A stretch of DNA of 64,000 nt from Candidatus Omnitrophota bacterium (GTDB lineage: Bacteria > Omnitrophota > Gorgyraeia > Zapsychrales > Zapsychraceae), in the NCBI GenBank assembly GCA_028280285.1, contig JANQMA010000017.1, forward strand, positions 64,993 through 128,992. Direction: 5' to 3'. The notes beneath the pieces were generated by a model that made no database searches, was not told the origin of the DNA, and saw nothing but the letters and a program-made list of their open reading frames with translations. Shown in pieces: positions 10,301 to 19,300 of the stretch. Positions within the stretch are counted from its first letter, which is position 1; each line of letters opens with the position of its first letter. The position numbers were made by a program, and so were the translations under genes.

Positions 10301-13300
10301 GCTGGCAGCACCATTTTATCAACAAACTGATCATTATTGGGTACGAAACTTTACTCAATTTATTTATGAAAGTGTGGGATTAGAAGAACGTCAATCTGAT
10401 ATTCGATTTAATGCAAAGGAAATTTTTGAAAGGGTGAAATCAGATAGGCTTCTTGATAAAAATATGATAAGTGCTATTTTGAACGATTTGGCTGAGTTTA
10501 AATATATTAAAAATCCCAACTACGCTGATTCTAAAAAGACATTTGCTGATATTGAGTTTAATCCGGGAGAATCAAGACAAATTTTCCTTGTTAACCCGTA
10601 TTCGCTTAATATTTATGAAACTATCACTATTTCACATGATAAGAACTCAGGTAGTTTTGCAATTGCTCCACACGCTAATTATTTTTCTGATGCGGAAAAT
10701 GGGCAAGATGTCGAAAGGGCTATTCTTAAAAAACGGGGTAAAATATCTCATGAATATCGTTTATTGAGATCCCAAGAATTGGGTTATTCAATCCGTATTA
10801 GTTTAAATAAAAAAAATGACAACGCGTTGACGTTTGGAGGTGTCCACCCTAAAAATGGATTATTGATTTTTTCATCTGTGTTTGATGAAGCAAGTTTGGG
10901 GCAGGAGGATGAACCTGCCGACCCGGCGGTCTTGAAACAAAAAGATATTATGCAATTAGCGCATTTCGATCCTGATTTAGTTGCAAGGATTAAAACCAAT
11001 CTTTTTCAGGTATCAGAGGTGCCGGTGATTCGTGATAATCCCGCATTTTCCGTTCCTTTTTCTAAGGAGGATGGGTTTTTTGAGGGGATTAATGATTTAA
11101 AGGCATTGATGTACGCTGTCCAGAAGATGAAGGATTCTCTTGAGAACATAAGCCCGAAGTTAAATGCCGAAGGTGTGGGGCAATTATCCCCAACGATAGC
11201 ATCCATACAAAACGATTTCGATTTTCTTGTTGATGTGCAAAACAGATTGCGCTTGCATGAAGGGGTTACAGATACCATGTTTGTTTATAAAGAAGGGTTG
11301 CAACGGTTAATGGAGATTGTGAAATTTGACAATAGAGGCGATTTGTACGTTGTATACGCGGGTTTAGTCATGACGTATTTGCAGTATAAATATTCTAATA
11401 AAATAATTTACAATGATTTCGATCCAACAGATTCGTTCAAACTTAAAAGATTTTTTGATGTATATTCTATGGCTGACCGGTTTGATTTTCCTGCAACAGT
11501 GGTGCAAACCATTAACGGTATCGGCTCCATTGCAGATAAAATAAAAGTGGTACGCGCACTCAACGCGTGGGCCACCATGCGAACCCTGGCAAAAGGCGAA
11601 CAGACGCCGGTGTATTTTGAAACAGAAACCGGTGAACAAATTAAAACCGTTTATCTCAAACCGATTTCTTTTGATGCTTCAGAGCGCGACAAGCTTTTAA
11701 TGATGGAAGTTAAACGTGATCAATCGAACGTTTATTCTGTTCGCCAAAAGGGAAAAGAAAACTGGCAAGTCATCGAGCAGGATGCCCCGCGGACGTTTGG
11801 CTTAATGGGCGTGCATGTGACTTTTATGATTCAAAAGAAAGTGCTGCATATCGAAAATAATAGCCGGCATATTTTTATAGCTAGTATTTCAGAATCTATT
11901 AATGGAAAGACCTATGATGATGCGATGTTGTCTGAATATGCGGCACGAAAAATAATTTTTAGTGCAAAAGATTTTCTTATTATGAATGAGATTCTTAACC
12001 AGGATTATCCTGATTTGGCCAAACGTCACCGGTCTATGCTGTTTGCGCTTGTGCACGGCACGCCGTTAACTGATATTTGGCTATCTCGTCCGAAAAGATT
12101 TGTTGAACCTAACGCTAATTTCATTGTCGAAGAAGCAAGAGTGCGTGCTGCAGAAAACAGACCGTTTAATATTAGTCCTATAGGCGCAAAAATATATCTT
12201 GGTGTTGATGATAATGAGAAGAAAAAGATCAATCGCAGTTTGGTAGCGGATGTTTTAAATACGTGGGGAACGCTTATTCGCATTCATACTCAAGCAGCGT
12301 ACAGCATTCCTGTGTTTATGGAAGAAGGCGAAACACGCCAACTGTATGTTGTTAACAACGAGACCAAAGAATTTATTAAATTACAGATCAATCAGATGCC
12401 TGGTTATTTTGAAGTTATAGATATAAGCAATGGTAAAGAAGGATATGGTTATTGGGTGTTTCCTGATCATGATACCGAGAACGGAGACAATAAGATTTAT
12501 TTTGCCAATGGAAAAGACTATATCATATTGGATGAGGATCAATTTGATCAGTTATCGGTGATTAATGAAACCAATGCTGATTTGACAGCCTTTGCGGTCG
12601 ATCAAGCAAGTTTGGGCAAGGTAGTTAGAGCTGAAGAGGGTCGTTATGTGATTCAGAAAAATGGGGTTAATGTTTATTCAGATGTTACTGAAAGAGACAT
12701 GATTGACGTTTTTTTTAACAATACACCCGATTTGGAGCGACCAGTAGCTGAGGTGGCATTATATCGAAATAGTCGGGAGGATTATTATATTTCTTGGTGG
12801 GGCGGTTGGGCTATTAATGAAACATCTGTGAATGATCAGTCACAATGGTTTGATTGGAATACAGATAAATCACTTGCTGTTCGAAAAAATAAAATTTTAT
12901 ACAAATATGAATTGGAATCTAAAATAAATAAACTTATTGAACAGCGTTCAGATAGCCGAGAACCTCTCTATATTTTAGATTGGGGGTTTGGGGATGGAAC
13001 TGCTATTGATGAATTAGCACAAAAATTTGAACATATCGAAAACTTGTATTTTATTGGCTATGGAATGACACATGATAGTAAATGGAGTACTTTTGGAGAA
13101 ACTTTTAAACGTAAAAATATAATTATTTTTGATCATATTTGGAAATTAGAAAAACATTTAAAGAAAATTTTGAAAGGTAATAAGCTGGCTCTTGTTTATA
13201 GTCATTTTGGTTTAGCTCACTTATTAAGGGATTATCCAGATGATGCCAGGGAACAAATAAAAACTTTAATGAAGTATATGAAAAATGGAGCATCGCTTAT

Positions 13301-16300
13301 AACCAATTACTATTGGAATGATAGCCTTCCTAGTAAATTTGCAAAAGGATTTAGAAAGAAAACTATTAGCCCAAATACATTCAGTGCGTGGGCGATTGTG
13401 GAGATATTTAATGAAGACGCAGCAAGTTTAGGGCAGGAGGATGAATCTACCGACGCGGCGGGATTAGATATGCTGGCTTATATTATGTCACGGCGTGTGT
13501 TTGATCCGGATATTGCTAAAGAACTTGAAATATTGCATGCCCAATGGGCTAATATCGTTGATCAATTTATAAATACAAGTAAATATAATAAAAAATCTCA
13601 AAGACTGGTAGGGCCGACTGGTTGGACAATGTTCAAACGTTATGGTTTTAATAAAAATAAGGAACTGTATTTGGAATATTTTCAACGTCTGGGGGATGAG
13701 GGAGTCATTGATAGTTTTTCAATAAAGGTTACTGATGGGAGGTTAAAATACTTTGCTCCTGGATTGCATCACCATTCAGCTAGTTTTTTTGGTCAAGAAT
13801 ATGCAACAGATAGTGCGCCTCCGCGTTCTGGAAGTTTTGTTGTGCGCGTTTATGAACCTTTTTCGAAGGAACTAGAGGAAGAGATTAGAAAAATTTTTGG
13901 TGAATTTTTGGCGCAATATGGCAGGACTACTGGATTTGAAAATTTTGTTAAAGATTTTGATGAAGGGGTGATGCCAACAGTTGGTTCACAAATCAAGAAA
14001 AATCCCGGTGAGGCAGAAAATATTAAAAAGGCCTACAATGATGTACGAGATATACTTGTTCGAAAAAACAAAGACTACTGGCAAAAACTTCCGCGTCTTA
14101 TGGCAAGATTACAGCAAATACTTATAAGCGGTATTTATGTAAAAGAAGTAATTCATAAAGATGAAAAAAGGTTTAAGGATGCCCCGCCCGCCCGGATTTA
14201 TGCGTATGGAGATATGGGGTTTGAAGATCCGGTTGCATTTATTCAACATTTAAATAAAACAACACCACTGGTAGCGAAACTACTCTTAGGGGAAACATAT
14301 CTTGATCCAACATCGGGTATTGATATTAATGATCCTAGGATAGCAGAGGTTGTTGAAGAGCAGCCGTACTCTGAACAAGGCAAGCCTATCGATGAGGCGA
14401 ATTTGGGCAAGACGGGCGAATCTACCGATGCAGAACCAGAAAGCTTTGATGAAGAGATAAAGGAAGATAAAGATCAGGCGGCGATAACGGCAGTGGATGT
14501 TCATGGGACGCGTGTGCCAGGCGGTGGTATTATTTGGACAAGGATGCCGGCTCAATATTTTAAAGTTCTTCGGTTGCGTAGAGGAGGGAAAGCATACCTG
14601 CGCGAGTCTTCTATTAAGGGTTTAGTTTTGGAGAACGCTTTAGAACGTTATCGGCACAGTGATACTCCCTTACAAAAGGTTAATAATCATTTAGGAATAG
14701 ATTTGGTTGATGAAATTGTGCAATTAGATCAGTTACGTCAACGTGAGAATGAGCCAAACCGTGTGATTACTGTTTTAGATTGGGGTGGCGGCAGTATGCA
14801 GGCCATTAAAGATATTTTAAACGAATTAAAGGCTCAAAATATTAAAAATGTTCGCTTGATTGGTTCTGGGCATAGTACGTACCTGGAGTGGAAGGATATT
14901 CCGGAGGGGATTGAGGTTATTTGGGATGTGGCACAGAAGCTTCATTTATATATTGCTGAGGGCAGTATTGATATTATTTACAGTCATTATGGGATGTATC
15001 ATTTAGATGAACAATTACCGCAGTATTTGATGTATTTAGAGAAACTTCTTAGTCCTCGAGCAAAAATTTTGATATATCCTTTGGATGGAGATTTATCTGA
15101 GCAGTTACCAGGGTGGAAGTTAGAGATAAAAAGAAAGCATAAGAATATTTCTCGGTTGGATGTTAAGACACATAAGAAAAAATTTTGGTCTGGATTGATT
15201 TCTCGTATGATTTGGCCTGCTTCACAAAGAGTATCAGTCCGTAATTTCGCACCATTTAATTATAGTTATGAATTTACTCCGCCTTCTCGAATATCAATTA
15301 AATCGAAAGGCTCTGATCCGCTTGAGGGCCTTATGATTTCATCTTGGAGTGATACCCCAAAGGAGCGCATCATTTTGCCTAAAAGAAGTATGTCAAGTTT
15401 GCGAAGACGGGTGGGTGGACGTGATTTTGCGAGCCTGGAGCGGAAGGATGAGGCTCAAATCGACGCGGCGGGGTTGGATTTTAATGGAAAATTCTCGATG
15501 GCCAGTTATGGAAATAATGAAACTGATGTGATGAGATTAAATAGAATTACGAAAGGTAAAAGGTTGATTGAGAGAGTGCAACCGCAGCACTTTCGTTTGA
15601 ATAGTGCCGGTGTTAATATTTATTCGAGTTTACAAGATGAGGAAATAATAGACATCCTTTCGATATTAGATAGTGAAAAGATTGCTCGGATAAGACTTAA
15701 TAATCGAAATACTACGACAGACTACCACATTAGCTGGGAAAAACCATGGCGTATGAATCGTACACCACTTGATGCGGTTGATATGTTTGCGGGTCTTAAA
15801 TTTTATGAATTGGAGTCGAGAGTAGAAACTATTATTAATAATCGCCAGGATGACGCTGAACCGATTTATATTTTTGACTGGGGTTTTGGAGCAGGGACCG
15901 CGTTAAAAGAGTTGTCTGAGAAATTTGATAATATTCCTAACATATTTTTTATCGGATTTGGTGACGCTTATTATGAAGATTGGCATACACTGCCGAGTAA
16001 TGTCATTATTATTTACGATCAGGCTTGGAGGCTAGAGGAGCATTTATCAAAAATTCTTAAGGGGCATAAAATTGATCTGGCTTTTAGTCATTGGGCGTTA
16101 TCTTCACACTTTTTAGGTGATTATTTTGGCCCAAAAAGAGTATATTTTTTAAGACTTATGGATTTTCTAAAACCTGGTGCTTCCTTTGTTATTGATGCTC
16201 TGAATGATTCCGGTGCAGAGTTGGGCATTAGACGGGATTTTAATGTTCAAAAAATACCAGTGAGCAACTATTATTTCGGCGATATATTTGAAGTAAAAAA

Positions 16301-19300
16301 TGAAGATTCTAGGAGTTTGGGTAAGGAGGTTGCGGATCAAACCGATGCGGCGGGATTGGGTGAAAGTGTTCAGAATTCAGTGTTCGGTGGTCAGCCGGAA
16401 GAAACTGATGCGGCGAATTTCAATGAGTATTTATTTTTATCACCTGAATTAACGTTGGACTATTTTGTTGCCTTACTATCAAACCTTGGAGATAAGACTG
16501 TTTTATCACTTACAGTATATCTTTTAGCTCCGTATATTGGTGCAGCACAATTGACAGATGAGTTTAAGTTAACAAATCCCTTAGCTAATACTTTATACGA
16601 CGTTGTAGTAGCTCAATTAAAAGAAATGTTCGGTAAGGACGAATTATACCCTATGGATATGAGAGGCTATTTGGATCAATTGCCATTGTTAAGCAACGAT
16701 ATTGGCAAGCATGTTTTGGAATCTCTAGGTAGTGTTAGAGCGATGGTCCATGAGTCTGAGCTTAAACATCAACCACCAATATCAATCGGTGTTGGCCAGA
16801 GCAAAAAGCTTATTTTGGCGGAGCGTTATTATACTGATCAGACTGATATGACGACTATGCATTTGTTGGATGTAACACGACTTTCCTCGAATCAATTTAA
16901 ATTGAAGGCAGAGGGGATAGATAGGCAAATTGATTTGAAGCAAGAGAGTTTAATGGGTTTAGAAATGAATTATTTGGATGAGCAAGGGCAGCCTTTTACA
17001 ATGTCAGTTAAGATGCTGTTTTCGAATAATGGTTTTCAAATTTATTATACCAATGATAACTTGGATTTTAATACTATGATCTTTGCGCTTGATTATGAAT
17101 TGATTAATTTTGTTAATGAAGTTGGTGAGCCAAAGCCTTTTCAAGATAATGCGAGTTTGGATAAGGAGAATGAGTTCCAAACCGACGCGGCGGGGTTGGG
17201 GTCTAGTGATCAGTGGTCCCGCGGTCAGTCGGAGAAATTTGATGCAGCGCGTTTAGATAAACAGCAGCTTAAAAAAATATCAAATAAAGCTCTTGGGAAT
17301 ATGTTTTGGAATGATTTTTATCGGGCATTGCTACTTTTGTTTGATAAATCGATAACATTTTATTCGCAGACAGATAAAGGGATTAAACCTTATGTATGGC
17401 ATAAACTAGTTGAACATGATCCAAGTGTTAATTTATCACTATTTGCCAAGATAGCAGTTCCAGGTTTGGATAACGTACGAGTTATAGACTCGAAATATGA
17501 TTATGTTATGAGTATATTAGACAGTTTTAATCCTTCTGCTGAATCTTTTACAAAATCAATGGAGAGCATCAAAGAGATGCTAGAAGATGATAATCAGCAG
17601 TTGGGGCTGGCTGAAAGTAAGCCGATTGCGCATAGGCATTTAATTCGTAGAGCGCTTTATTATTTTACACGTGAACATGATGAAGCCCGAGAGAATGAAA
17701 AGAAGTTGGTAGAGGTATTTGATTATGGAGCCAAAATTATCAATGAAATCAAACGGCGTAATAATATTGCCCAAAAAACATTAAAATCTCATGGAGTAAT
17801 TGTTGATGCCTCTGGTGCGGCAAAGCTGAATAATGGTGATCGATGGGCAGCCCGCCCTGCTGCTTTGCAGAAAAAACCGGAAACTCGCGTGGTCAGTGAT
17901 CAAAAGAAAGGCGGTGACGCGCTGGATTTGAGTAGAGAGAAATCTTTACAAATGTATCCACGAAAAACCTTATCCAATTTTGATTCGATTATTCATGTGT
18001 TATTTGAAGGATACACCCAAAAATTTCAATCTGGGCAAAATCCAATATTATGGAAAACACATGCAAGAAATTTATTGGAAAACGTAAGTTATTATGTGAA
18101 TGAGCATTTTATTTATCCTGAAGTCGCGATGGATACGTTTGTTAATAAAAATAAAGAATTTATCGAAAAGCTAATTGATGAAGGGAATGAACGCTATCTA
18201 TATTCTGCATTTTTAATTTATAAAGGTTTAGCCACAATGGCGGCTAAAGATTTACGTAACATTGCAGATAGTGATAGGTTGTTTGCTCAGCCACGAAAGA
18301 ATCAGCCGGTTCGAAGCTTTAGAAATCAAGCGCATAAGTTGGCTCCTTTGCGCAGGGAATTAGAGCGATTACAAGGAAGATATGTGGAGTTGCGAGAATG
18401 GGCTGAGTTCAATTTATTTTTCAATGATAAATTTCAGAAAGAATCTCAAATTGTTTATGCTTTTGAACATCATACGCAGAATTTAATTAATGTCGTTGGT
18501 GAGGTTGGTTATGATGGAGCGCTGACCTATGGAGAGGTTGATCAGTATGCTATTCAATTGCAAGGCGATGCTTATATTTTAGAAGGTGTTGTGCGTGTAT
18601 TACATGATATTAAGCTTAAGGTAGAAAGAGACTCTGCGAGTTTGGGTGAGGAGGTTGAGTTCCAAGCCGACGCGGCGGGGCTGGATTTAAAAAATTTAGA
18701 AGAAATTTCTGTTGATGAGATGAAAAAACTATTTAACGCTCTATTTTCAGAAGTTTTTTATGCTTTGTTTGAGGGTACTCTCTGGTCTCATGAATACGAA
18801 AATTATAATGAGATTGTTGAGTATGATTGGGAGAGACACAATGATTTGCATAATGTAAAGAATATTAAAGTTAATATCAATAGTGCTATGACTCTATTTG
18901 CTTTGAGGCCCAACTCGAATAAAGAAATAGACATGGCTCTCAGATCAATTGATAGATTTAAAAATGAACTACGTTTGATTGATTACACGAACCGAGAAAG
19001 TGAGTTAGATAGTTTGTTGGATCAAATGGAGGGATACAAAGATTTTGGTTTAAGTGAAGATGAACCAATTGAGTATGCATTGCTTAAACCACGATTTTTT
19101 TATCAAGCATTGCGTGCAGATCCTAATGCAGATGAGAATAGAATTAAAATGTTTACCAAAGTGAACAATTTAAAGTCTGTTATTAATGAATTTAAACGTA
19201 GACTAGAAATTGAAAAGAAAAATTTAGTTGTTACAGGGTCTGAATCTACCGATGCAGCGGGGTTGAAAAGTATTGATAAGCAAGAGTTGCGTAATATGAC

